Positions 12,241 to 23,670 of a DNA stretch of 64,000 nt are shown here, one piece after another (position 1 is the stretch's first letter; each line of letters begins with the position of its first letter). This stretch comes from Octopus vulgaris. Its lineage: Eukaryota. The DNA is taken from positions 124,001-188,000 of the forward strand of contig OX597829.1 in assembly GCA_951406725.2 (NCBI GenBank), written 5' to 3'. The position numbers and the translations under genes were made by a program. Below the pieces are notes generated by a model, which saw nothing but the letters and a program-made list of their open reading frames with translations, had not been told where the DNA came from and did no database searches.

Positions 12241-12403
12241 GGCGCAGGAGTGGCTGTGTGGTAAGTAGCTTGTTTACCAACCACATGGTTCCGGGTTCAG
12301 TCCCACTGCGTGGCACCTTGGGAAACTGTCTTCTACTATAGCCTCGGGCCGACCAAAGCCTTGTGAGTGGATTTGGTAGACGGAAACTGAAAGAAGCCCG
12401 TCG
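12241..12403 (+). mobile_element. SINE family A, 5' half, truncated at its central (TA)n next to a PLE
   Basis: tRNA-like head GGCGCAGGAGTGGCTGTGTGG..GGTTCAGTCCC. Confidence 0.9.
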
Positions 12404-12411
12404 TATATACG

Positions 12412-12464
<53 letters not shown>

Positions 12465-12466
<2 letters not shown>

Positions 12467-13980
12467 TTTATTTAAAGCAGCAGAAAATTCAACAAAATCT
12501 GTTACTCTGAGTTTCTCGTTGCCGTTCATCAGACAGTTTTTGCTAGAATGGAACCGATATATCAATTCAATCTAGACTCTTACAAACGCTACACCTTTAA
12601 AAAGAAATGGACTTGTTTGATTGGCCCTTTAGAAAAAACGGTCAATCTTCGAGCGATAAACAAAAAGGTCAAAAATATATGTATATATATATAAAAACTT
12701 ATAAAAATTATAAAATTCGAGGAAAAAACCTTACATTGAATAAAATACATATTGACATTAATGAAGAAAGTATAATTAAAGCTTAGAAATTAAACCTATT
12801 ATAAATATTACACTGCAATACATATTTATGTTAACGTGTACATATATATATCAACATACACAGAAGGATGCGTGCCAACGCCATACATATACAGGCGTAT
12901 AAATATAAATCTGAAATATACACATAAATGCATGCGTACATATATTTACGCAATCCGTCTCGCACGCAATTTAAAATTATCTATGTAGCGATTCTCATAT
13001 ACTGAGTAAGGGGGGGACGAAAGAAAGGAAGAGAGAGAAAAAGGAACGAAGAAGGGGGAAGGAAAAAAGAAAAAAGAAAAAGGAGGGGTGGGGAAAAAAA
13101 CGAAATAAGAAAAATTATGTATACAAGCTATGTAACGGCATTATTGACATGTATGGAGACATGTATACAAATACACAAGCTCGAATGGATACATACACAT
13201 ACAGTCGTGTATATGTGTGCTTAAGCACAAACATACGTCCACTTACACATACACAGATACGCATGCTTACAAATACATACCATGGCTATACACATATATA
13301 AAAATTCTAATTTTTGACAACATTGCTTTTTTTTAAAGAAATGGGTGCAATAATAAAAAAAATAAAAATATATACGAAAAACATATAAAAATAAAATATA
13401 ACACCCTATTTTGGATCATCTATAAAAAATCAAGGTAATCCTATACAATACAATAATTTGAAATAAACAAATTCGAAGGTTTTTCCTAATGTATATGTCG
13501 AAACATAAGACTTTGCTATACGGATTAAAATCTGTATAACGCGGAACAAAATCCATCGTAGCGCTCACAGCTCAAGAGTCAAAATCAAAATTTCAAAAAT
13601 CAAAAATACAAAATATATACTCTATCCATATGGTATATTTATATTCGACATTTTAAATTTAGCCGCGTGCCTACATAAGTTCATTAGCTCACTTCTTTGA
13701 TTCAAAGAATTATTGTCTTTGAATAAAATGTACATTTTTTCTAATAAGCAAAGTTTGCACTTGAAATTATTTTTGTATGCTCCATGCCTGTATGGTGCCG
13801 CCCTGACCAGAATGCTCCATGTCACGTTGAAAGGTGGGGCTTCCTTTTCTTTTAGTTCCAAGACATATTTTGCTAGGCTGGTCCTCTTCCTATTCTTGTA
13901 TTCCGATGAATACACAGGGGCTTCAGAAAATTCATATAAAACAAGATTTTATTCTCATAAAAATTCATTTAAATACCCAG
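12465..13980 (-). mobile_element. Penelope-like element 3' portion: GIY-YIG C-terminus (13622-13903), long 3' region and terminal hammerhead
   Basis: TSLAKYVLELK..WSIL..CKLCLLEK..LNQRSELMNLCRH..KF is the conserved PLE endonuclease C-terminus. The YTG..KTRFYSHKNSF segment lies inverted at 13908-13980. Ends in (TA)n. Confidence 0.88.
12499..12536 (-). ncRNA. Minimal type I hammerhead ribozyme motif, intact core
   Basis: CUGU-CUGAUGA-ACG-GCAA-CGA-GAAA-CUC-A-GA-GUA|ACAG, with AAUAAA about 27 nt downstream. Confidence 0.8.
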
Positions 13981-14684
13981 AGAATATTTACATGCTCTGT
14001 CTGCAACCGCATGTCGAAATCTTTAAAAAATATATCATAAAGATGTAATTTTTGAAGTTGAATCGGAATTTATTATTCATTTATTTCATAAAAATTGTGC
14101 GAAAATGTTACATGTGTTCAAAGTTTGATTATTTTCAGAATTTTCAGCCAATCAGAAAACAGCGCGTTCGCTGCTTCTTCCATCATCTGTTGCAGTAGCG
14201 TGACATGCACAGGCATGTCAAAACATTAAACTAGTTACACAGTAAATAGTGAAAAACATTAAAAGATTCGCGAACACATTAAATATTTAAAAGCTACGAG
14301 CAAACCAACAGGAGTTACTAGAAATAACGGTCAAAACATTGCTTAAAACAGACATTTGTTAAACAAAACCTCAAGAACGAAAGTTTGCAATACACTCAAG
14401 GATTTTATAAAATAAATTATCTTTCTCATATCTCACTCTCAACATAAATTCACAGAGTCAACCATTGAACGGTGTGTCCCACACCGGCGTTTGTTTCCAT
14501 GCTTTAAAGATGCATAGGTACTCCTAGTTTGTTGATTACACTCAATTTGGTGGTTACATTCCTTGTGCCCATGCTTAGCATCTTTGGTTACTATGGGAAC
14601 AGAATTCTTCGCAATCAGCTATAGAACACGTGATGCTTCTTTACTTAATATGCTAACAGAACTTCACGGCGATGTGTAAAATAC

Positions 14685-15123
14685 GGATCTTTTCGGTTTG
14701 AACGGCAGTTTTTTTCTAGCGGTGTCATATGAAATTGTCACCCATAATTATGAACCTAGTATCGATCTATTGCATTTCAATCTGTTTTAGGGTTAGGGTT
14801 ATTTAGGGTTAGTTAGGGTTAGGGTTAGGGGTGGGGGAAGGGCATTTTTTTCTTCACAAATGTAAATAAACCCAATCTGTTTCTTAAACGAGGGACATAT
14901 TCATACGACACAGAATGTTTTCACCTCAATAGACGTCATTGATTGGTTGAAATTGCAGAAATTGAAGAAAAAACAACAAATATCTTACAAACTATAGAAT
15001 TTTCTCAATAAAGCCAAGAGAAAAAGATGTTTTATAAATACATTCTACCAGTATACGAAGTTTAAAAGTGTTTAGTTACGTGGAAATTATTTTAAAAAAC
15101 TGCCGTTCCAACCGAAAAGATCA
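14685..15123. mobile_element. Merlin-like non-autonomous DNA transposon (MITE), nested in an older repeat
   Basis: ~29-bp TIR GGATCTTTTCGGTTTGAACGGCAGTTTTT; 8-bp TSD TAAAATAC at 14677-14684 and 15124-15131; internal TTAGGG repeats. Confidence 0.85.
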
Positions 15124-15545
15124 TAAAATACTCGCTTCTGATTGGCTAAAATACCCAAATGTTGCAAATTTTAAAGGCTAATAACTTTTTAGTTATGAAT
15201 TTATAGGGAAAATGAATTTCATTTCCATAATTAGTATGCAAAACTTAATTGATATTCCAAATTTGAAAACAATTGGAACAAAATAGTAGACAGTGATGAT
15301 AACCAAAAAGATCCAAAGTTAGTATCAAAGACTGGCATATATGGTGATTAAAAAATATAGCCAGACGTGAAGCTTTTTTTTTTACTCATTCCTAGGGATT
15401 GAAATTTTTTTTCACATTTAAACAATGAAGCAAATACAAGTTGGATAAACTCAGATCATAAATAATAGCTTCTAACATAGTAAGAAGCGTGGACACACAA
15501 ATTTTCATTTAAATGCGTAAAGATATACTACATACACACACATAA

Positions 15546-15584
<39 letters not shown>

Positions 15585-15649
15585 AACATACACACACACA
15601 CATACACACGCACGCACACACATGCGCACACGTGTGTTAGTACGTATTT

Positions 15650-15980
15650 AAACGCCTCGTGACATATGATTGAAAAATTGAAGTTTAGTGGTCATAAATC
15701 TGCCCTGTCTGTTTCTCTGACATATTGACTGACCATGTGACATAGAGACAGGGTGACAGCCTCGCTGACCGGCATGATTAATTGACTGTCGAATTATGTC
15801 CCTACTGGTCAGCAACCTGACTGACTGATGGACGAAAGACATATTTCTGAACCAACTTAAAAACATTAACCTGAAATTCTTACCTCCCACATACGCCCTC
15901 CCATCCCAGCCCACCATCCAGTATTATTATTAATCGCATCATGTGAACATAAATCATCGCTAGAGGCCGCGCTAATTAAG
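15650..15980. promoter_or_regulatory. Candidate enhancer: cluster of TALE/Hox-type motifs
   Basis: Three TGACAT, plus TGACAG, TGATTAAT, TGATGGAC, two (T)GATTTATG on the minus strand, and CTAATTAA, in unique sequence. Confidence 0.35.
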
Positions 15981-16115
15981 GAGACTCCACGTAGTCGCTC
16001 TTACCTGAGTCCATATCACTCAAATTACACCCTACCGTTTTAAAAAGAGCAAGGATACACTTGATAATGTAGTCCCAGAAACGCTATACCTGACCAAAAA
16101 GAAAGAAAGAAGGAG

Positions 16116-16178
<63 letters not shown>

Positions 16179-16391
16179 AATAACACGAGACGGTTACAGC
16201 TGAATTGTTTGATAGTAGGGTTTATTCGTTCAGAACAGACTAAACAAGAATATCAACCAGTAACTGATGTCTTTGAATATCCCATTTGATACTAACCCGT
16301 GCAAGACTACACCTGGTTCTATTTATACAAAATTGCTGTTTTAAAATTGCTTTGATTAAACTCTTCCAGTAAAATTTCATATTAATTTCTG

Positions 16392-16804
16392 GGATCTTTT
16401 CGGTTTGAACGGCAGTTTTTTCTAACGGTGTCATATGAAATTGTCACCCATAATTATGACCCTAGTATCGATCTATTGCATTTCTATCTGTTTTAGGGTT
16501 AGGGTTAGGGGTAGGGGGAAGGGTATCTTTTTCCTTCAGAAATGTAAATAAACCCAATCTGTTTCTTAAACGAGGGACATATTCATACAACACAGAATGT
16601 TTTCACCTCAATAGACGTCGTTGATTGGTTGAAATTGCAGAAATTGAAGAAAAAACAACAAATATCTTACAAACTATAGAATTTTCTCAATAAAGCCAAG
16701 AGAAAAAGATGTTTTATAAACACATTCTACCAGTATACGAAGTTTAAAAGTGTTTAGTTACCTAGAAATTATGTTAAAAACTGCCCTTCAAACCGAAAAG
16801 ATCC
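16392..16804. mobile_element. Merlin-like MITE, second copy
   Basis: GG..CC termini, same TIR; 8-bp TSD AATTTCTG at 16384-16391 and 16805-16812. Confidence 0.88.
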
Positions 16805-17135
16805 AATTTCTGTTCCAAGCACCAGCTTAATGACAGGAGTTATTATGCTAAATTCCTCATTTCTTTTTAAATTAATAGAAACAAAGTCAGAAATATGGTA
16901 AGAAAAGGGTTAGAATGATCTAAATTAAAACCTTCCCTGAAGCTTCCATGTTAATTTATGTTTTAAACACCAATTTAATAACGAAGAAAATTATTATACC
17001 AAACTCTTCCTTACTTTCAAAATTAGTTTTCAACAAAAGACGGTGTATTTTAATACAAATATGACACATAACGAAATACGGTGTCCCTAAAAGTAACTAA
17101 TAAACTTAAAATTATTCTTAAAATTATCCTCCTCA

Positions 17136-17298
17136 GGCGCAGGAGTGGCTGTGTGGTAAGTAGCTTGCTTACCAACCACATGGTTTCAGGTTCAGTCCCA
17201 CTGCGCGGCACCTTGGGCAAGTGTTTTCTACTATAGCCTCGGGCCGACCAAAGCCTTGTGAGTGGATTTGGTAGACGGAAACTGAAAGAAGCCCGTCG

Positions 17299-17331
<33 letters not shown>

Positions 17332-17543
17332 TTGTGTGTCTGTGTTTGTCCCCCCAACATTGCTTGACAACCGATGCTGGTGTGTTTACATCCCCGTAAC
17401 TTAGTGGTTCGGCAAAAAGAGACTGATGGAATAAGTCCTAGGCTTACAAAGAATAAGACCTGGGATCGATTTGATCGACTAAAAGGCGGTGCTCCAGCAT
17501 GGCCACAGTCAAATGACTGAAACAAGTAAAAGAGTAAAAGAGT
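17136..17543 (+). mobile_element. SINE family A, full length
   Basis: Head, CCTTGGGCAAGT segment, central (TA)n(TG)n and (GTAAAAGA)n tail. Confidence 0.93.
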
Positions 17544-17691
17544 ATAAAAGACCTTTAAATTCTATAATATAAAACTCCATAAGTCAATACTGTGTTTCTC
17601 TGAGTTAGCGGTGCTACTAAATAACTTTGAAAGACTATCTCTACAGATTTTCGATAGAAATTCTAACATTGATTTGCTACGACGTTTCGTA

Positions 17692-17908
17692 TACTCTTTA
17701 CTCTTTTACTCTTTTACTTGTTTCAGTCATTTGACTATAGCCATGCTGGAGCACCACCTGTAGTCGAGCAAATCGACCCCAGGACTTATTCTTTGTAAGC
17801 CTAGTACTTATTCTATCGGTTCTTTTTGCCGAACCGCTAAGTTACGGGGACGTGAACACATCACCATCGGTTGTCAAGTGATGTTGGGGGGGTGACACAA
17901 ACACATAC

Positions 17909-17948
<40 letters not shown>

Positions 17949-18118
17949 GTATATATGACGGGCTTCTTTCAGTTTCCGTCTACCAAATCCACTCAGAAGG
18001 CTTTAGTCGGTCCGAGGCTATAGGTGAAGACACTTGCCCAAGGTGCCATGCAGTGGAACTGAACCCGGAACCATGTGGTTGGTAAGAAAGCTACTTACCA
18101 CACAGCCACTCCTACGCC
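17692..18118 (-). mobile_element. SINE family A, full length, inverted partner of 17136-17543
   Basis: Reverse-complement match along its whole length. Confidence 0.93.
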
Positions 18119-18579
18119 TAAATATATTAATTTGTTTTTTTTTGGGGGGGGGGGGGTTAATGTGAAAACAATCCTTTACGACTGAATTGTAAAGAAGACC
18201 GAAGAAATAACAAGAAAGTGTTATTTCAATTTTAGCTCTAGTAGTAACACAACTGATGCTATTTTGATAAATGGCCGTGTGCCGTGCGGTAAACAGCGAG
18301 AATCATGACGACGATATTCATATTCATTCTTAATACGTTCCGGTGTATTCGAACGTGAATATGCTAATTGCTGTTGCATTACGACATTGTAGAACAATTT
18401 GTCTTTATAGACAATGTAGATTTATTGACACTCGATATATTGAGGTAAGGAGACTTTGGGATACCCGATGTTTCGGCATCGTTTTGTCACCTCCGCTACA
18501 ATTAGGTCTGACCAATAGATCTAACAAAAGTTTTTCACTTTTCTTTATAAATTTATCAGAAAACTTTGTTGATGCTTAC

Positions 18580-18647
18580 TGATGTCTGACAACCGATATA
18601 AAATCGTCATGTACGCTGTGAATAGCGATAGTCAAAACGATGACTTG
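18580..18647 (-). CDS. Speculative internal exon (QVIVLTIAIHSVHDDFISVVRH)
   Basis: Acceptor TTTTTCGCTTTTTCCCAG, donor GTAAGC; only phase 0 is open. No homology recognised. Confidence 0.2.
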
Positions 18648-18805
18648 CTGGGAAAAAGCGAAAAAACATCAAGCACCCTTAGACTTCAAGTTCAGGCAAA
18701 TTTCTTTTTCTTTATTTTTCTTTTTCTTTTTGCTTTTAAGAAAACAACCAATGAGATAAGTAAAATAGATTCTGAAGTTCATGATTCATTAGGCATCTTG
18801 TAATT

Positions 18806-19038
18806 CCTATTTCTTTACTACCCACAAGGGGCTAAACACAGAGGGGACAAACAAAGACAGACAAAGGTATTAAGTCAATTACATCGACCTCAGAGCGTAA
18901 CTGGTACTTATTTAATCGACCTCGAAAGAATGAAAGGCAAAGTCGACCTCGGCGGAATTTGAACTCAGAACGTAGCGGCAGACGAAATACTGCTAAGCAT
19001 TTCGACCGGCGTGCTAACGTTTCTGCCAGCTCGCCGCC
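18806..19038 (-). mobile_element. SINE family B
   Basis: Full-length reverse-complement match to the family. Confidence 0.92.
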
Positions 19039-19115
19039 TTAAACTCCGCCAGGTGAAATTGATGTTTCCATGAAAATTCGAAATTCGATTCTGGATAAAA
19101 GCTGGTGGATCTCCG

Positions 19116-19439
19116 TCTTTGTAAGCCTAGTACTTATTCTATCGGTCTCTTTTTGCCGAACCACTAAGTGACGGGGACGTAAACACACCACCATCGGTTG
19201 TCAAGTGATGTTGGGGGTACAAAAACACATACACACAAACAGACAAGCACACACACATATACACATACATATATACGACGGGCTTCTTTCAGTTTCCGTC
19301 TACCAAATCCACTCACAAGGCTTTGGTCGGCCCGAGGCTATAGTAGAAGACACTTTGCCCTAGGTGCCATGCAGTGGGACCGGACCGAGAACCATATGGT
19401 TGGTAAGCAAGCTACTTACCACACAGCCACTCCTGCGCC
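19116..19439 (-). mobile_element. SINE family A, 3'-truncated
   Basis: Family match. Confidence 0.9.
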
Positions 19440-20110
19440 TATGTATCCGAATACTCTAATGTAAACAATATAATCGAAGCTGGAAAAGTTGATAATGGAT
19501 GTTTCAGCCGTTCGATCAACTGAATTACCTGCCCGTGAGTCAACTTAGAAGTAGCTGAGTTTTCCGCAGACATGTGTTCTCTTAATTTAATTCTCTGACA
19601 GAATCGGTTTGACACAGTGTGTGTGGCAAGACAATGCTCTATAATTTGAAATACAGGTAGAACCCACCTTATAAATGTCTATGCAATTCCCTTCTTCCAG
19701 CAATTTCGCGGACGACTCGAGGCTATAAAAAAGGGTATTTAAAATTAGTTGTTACGCGGCGGGATCGAATCCAGTTCCCCGTAGCCGTCAAATTAGTTTC
19801 ACCCATGCTGCATCAAGACAAATAAAATACAGAGAAAAATAAGGTTTCACACACACACATACACACATACACACACACAAAGATACGCTCACATACTCAC
19901 ACACAAAGATACGCTCACATACTCACACATATACACATACGCACACGCACGCACACACACACATACACACACGCACGCGCACATACGCTACAGCTAAGGT
20001 ATTTCAACACTGGGAAGATCATTTTGAATGCCACCCGAAAACTGAATTCCGTCACAACATGGAAATTTCGGGTACTTCACATGATGTAGAGATTTATGGG
20101 GAAATAACAA

Positions 20111-20184
<74 letters not shown>

Positions 20185-20355
20185 GGCGTAGGAGTGGCTG
20201 TGTGGTAAGTAGCTTGCATACCAACCACATGGTTCCGGGTTCAGTCCAATTGCGTGGCACCTTGGGCAAGTGTCCTCTACTATAGCCTCGGACCGACCAA
20301 AGCCTTGTGAGTGGATTTGGTAGACGGAAACTGAAAGAAGCCCGTCTTATATATG

Positions 20356-20386
<31 letters not shown>

Positions 20387-20599
20387 ATATGTTTGCGTGT
20401 CTGTGTTTGTCCCCCAACATCACTTGACAACCGATGCTGGTGTGTTTACGTCCCCGTAACTTAGCGTTCGGCAAGAGAGACCGACAGAATAAGTACCAGG
20501 CTTCCAAAGAATAAGTCCTGGGGTCGATTTGCTCGACTAAAAGGCGCTGCTCCAGCATGGCCACAGTCAAAGGACTGTAACAAGTAAAAGAGTAAAAGA
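20185..20599 (+). mobile_element. SINE family A, full length
   Basis: Family match. Confidence 0.93.
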
Positions 20600-21014
20600 G
20601 GCAATGAAAAAGATATAAAAAATAAAGAGCCCTGAGTATGTTGTGGGAAGTGTATATGTTAGTTCATGGCATACGTCATACTTAACATACCACGATAGGG
20701 GTATGTTTAGCCCACTCTCTTGCCCGAAAGCCAAATTTCCGTTCTTGTTCCTTAATTAGAAACAATGTTTAACATTGCTTGGAAAACAGAAAGGGCCACC
20801 GTAAGCGTGAATCCGTATTATTGGTAACACACAAACACACAAAACAGGAAGTTGGAAAATATCACTTATTCACCGTTACAGATATTTTATCCGCTAACAG
20901 AAATTGCAAAGTTTTTCATGCTCCTTAAACATGTAAGAGATTTTCTATTACAAATTCTTCAGATAGAGAATCGAATAATAATCTAAGTGCTCAGGAGAGT
21001 CCTTCTTGATAGAA

Positions 21015-21383
21015 TCTCTCAATACATAAACGGCAAAATGTCTGTCTGTGCGTATGTCCTTTATACAAATCCACAATTTTTCAGTTAGAGGGCTCGCACT
21101 TTCTATGGTCATTCAAAACCGTCCAAGGGTGGTCGTGCACATCTTTACATTTCCCCAGTCACCCCGCAAAGCCATTAAAAAATCAATAGAAGTGACTTTT
21201 TTTGTGAATTTTCAATCCCAAACCCAATCAAAATTCCCGAAACTTGATATGCCAATTGAATGCCAGCTAGCTGTATGTGATTGGTCGGAGATTTGGACAG
21301 TACTCGCGTGTATGTGCGCACGCACGCAGCTGTATATGCATGCACAAGCGCTATGACGCAGCGTTGACGGGTCATAGTGCTAG
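21015..21383 (+). mobile_element. Non-autonomous Helitron
   Basis: 5' TC and 3' CTAG, inserted between A and T with no TSD; subterminal hairpin CTATGAC(21351)..GTCATAG(21377). Confidence 0.8.
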
Positions 21384-21975
21384 TGTTGAATAAAACAAAA
21401 GAGGCAACAAGGGAATCATTTCGATTTTAGACCGACTAGGGGCTGAGTTGATGACATTTTCAGGACGAGGCAAATAATAAGAGGAATAACAAAATAACAG
21501 CAAGTTGGTACCTTTACACTCCATTTTCTTCAGAAGACCCCAGATCAGAAATTGACCGTGATAGGTTCGAGGCACTTCGTATTCGGGGTTACCGTTTTTC
21601 TAGACGTAGTCAGGGGACTCAGTCACATTTTCAATTAGTAGTTGGTGTTAGGAAAGGCACCCAAATGTGGAATAACATTCCTACACGCAAACACCGTGAC
21701 ATGTACACATAAATCACTGTGTGTGTGTGTGTGTATGTAGATGGATGTGTGTGTGTGTGTGTGCAGGTGCTAGTGCTTATGCAATTGTGTGTGTGTATGT
21801 GTGTGAATGCATGTGCATGTGTTCTTGTTGCATGTGTTACAAACCAAATGAGTGCATCCGTTGGCTCAAAAATAACGCTGCCACTTTAATAATTCGGTTC
21901 TTATGTCAAAGTTTGTTGCTACTTCGGTTGCTTTACAATAATGGTAATGCTACTGTTGCTAGAATTACCATTAAT

Positions 21976-22382
21976 GCTGGCAGAAACGTTAGCACGCCGG
22001 GCGAAATGCTTAGCAGTATTTTGTCTGACGTTACGTTCTGAGTTCAAATTCCGCCGAAGCCGACTTTGCCTTTCATCCTTTCGGGGTCGATTAAGTAAAT
22101 ACCAGTTACGCACTGGGGTCGATGTAATCGACTTAATCCGTCTGTCTGTCCTTGTTTGTCCCCTCTATGTTTAGCCCCTTGTGGGTAGTAAAGAAATAGG
22201 TATTTCGTCTGTCGCTACGTTGTGAGTTCAAATTCCGCCGAGGCCGACTTTGCCTTTCATCCTTTCGGGGTCGATAAATTAAGTACCAGTTACGCACTGG
22301 GGTCGATATAATCGACTTAATACCTATGTCTGTCCTTGTTTGTCCCCTCTATATTTAGCCCCTTCTGGGTAATAAAGAAATA
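21976..22382 (+). mobile_element. SINE family B dimer
   Basis: The second, head-less unit starts at the GGTATTTCGTCTG junction (~22199). TSD GGTAATGCT(A/G)CTGTTGCTA. Confidence 0.9.
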
Positions 22383-22661
22383 GGTAATGCTGCTGTTGCT
22401 ACAACTGATGATTGTGACGACGACGACGATGACGACGGCGATGACGACGACGATGACGACGACGATGATGATGAAGATGATGATGATGATGATGATGTTG
22501 ACAGTGGCGCGTGTATGTATTGTACCGCAGCCCATATCCGTAGATCTATGTACAGATTGTTATTATTCTCTGCGGAATAGAAACAAAATAACAATAAAAT
22601 AAGAAAGAAAACAAAACCCCCAAAACAACAGCAGCGCATTTTGCCGCCTCTGCACACTCAC

Positions 22662-22789
22662 TTGTGTGATTAGTCTCTGTTCATTTTTTGCACTGTTCAC
22701 ACAGCGAGAATGTAATGATGATGACGATGATGATGATGATGATGATGATAGTAACAAGAATAATAACAACAACAACAACAACAACAACA
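22662..22789 (-). CDS. Speculative exon encoding a signal-peptide-like segment ((V)L9FLLL-S11-LHSRCVNSAKNEQRLITQ)
   Basis: Acceptor TTTTTCATTATTTGCAG, donor GTGAGT; one open frame. About half is trinucleotide repeat. Confidence 0.25.
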
Positions 22790-22889
22790 CTGCAAATAAT
22801 GAAAAACAATCAGAAAAACAAAATGATAACGTGAAATTACCTATTAAAACAATAGAAAGGAAAAAAATGGCGGGAAACGGTTCGAACAA

Positions 22890-22933
<44 letters not shown>

Positions 22934-23635
22934 CACACACATACATACACGCACACACACACATGCACAAACTGAGAAACATACAGAAACATACGTACAA
23001 ATATAAAACTATGCGTGCACTTACAGACTCAAACCCCTATACACACACATACAAACGCATAGACACACACCAATACACACACATACAAACACATAGACAC
23101 ACACATGCAAATACATAAACACACAGAGAAACAAATAAACATGCGGAAATAGAAAAAAACCCATATAAAACAGTAAAAGTTCTGACAACAAATAAGTTTT
23201 ATCACGGTTGGTTTGTTTTAGGCAATGCTTGGTCCTAGAAGGGCAGGCATCATTGCACAGTAACCAATTGATTATTCATCCGTAGTGGCATCACGATTCC
23301 TAACAGCAGAAGCTCCAAGAACAGGCAATCACTGACGCATCTTCTGCTAATCTATGAAACATCCATTTCGGTCTCTAATTAGATTTCAGTCAAACGAGGT
23401 CAGGGTTAATGAAAACTCAACCAAAATGCTTTTGTTGAGATGCCTAAACGGATCAATGACGAAGTCTGTGCTGCGATGGCGGTGGTATGTGTGTGATGGT
23501 GGTGGTGGTGGTGGTGGTCTGTGGTGGTGGTGGTGGTGCTTTAGCCTGTGCTGTTGCAGAGTAGTGTCGATGTAATGTCGGACGCATATTACGGTTACCA
23601 AATGATTGATGGACGCCATTCATCCAACTGCCTTG

Positions 23636-23670
<35 letters not shown>

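Noticed and set aside
12241-12320. tRNA genes at SINE heads
   Set aside because: They continue into SINE bodies and lack a complete cloverleaf and terminator.
14787-14830. Telomere or fusion scar
   Set aside because: The TTAGGG repeats are an internal part of a MITE present twice.
22520-22560. CCGTAGATC resembling miR-100/miR-10
   Set aside because: Only a 9-nt match and no precursor hairpin. No conserved miRNA was recognised in the window.
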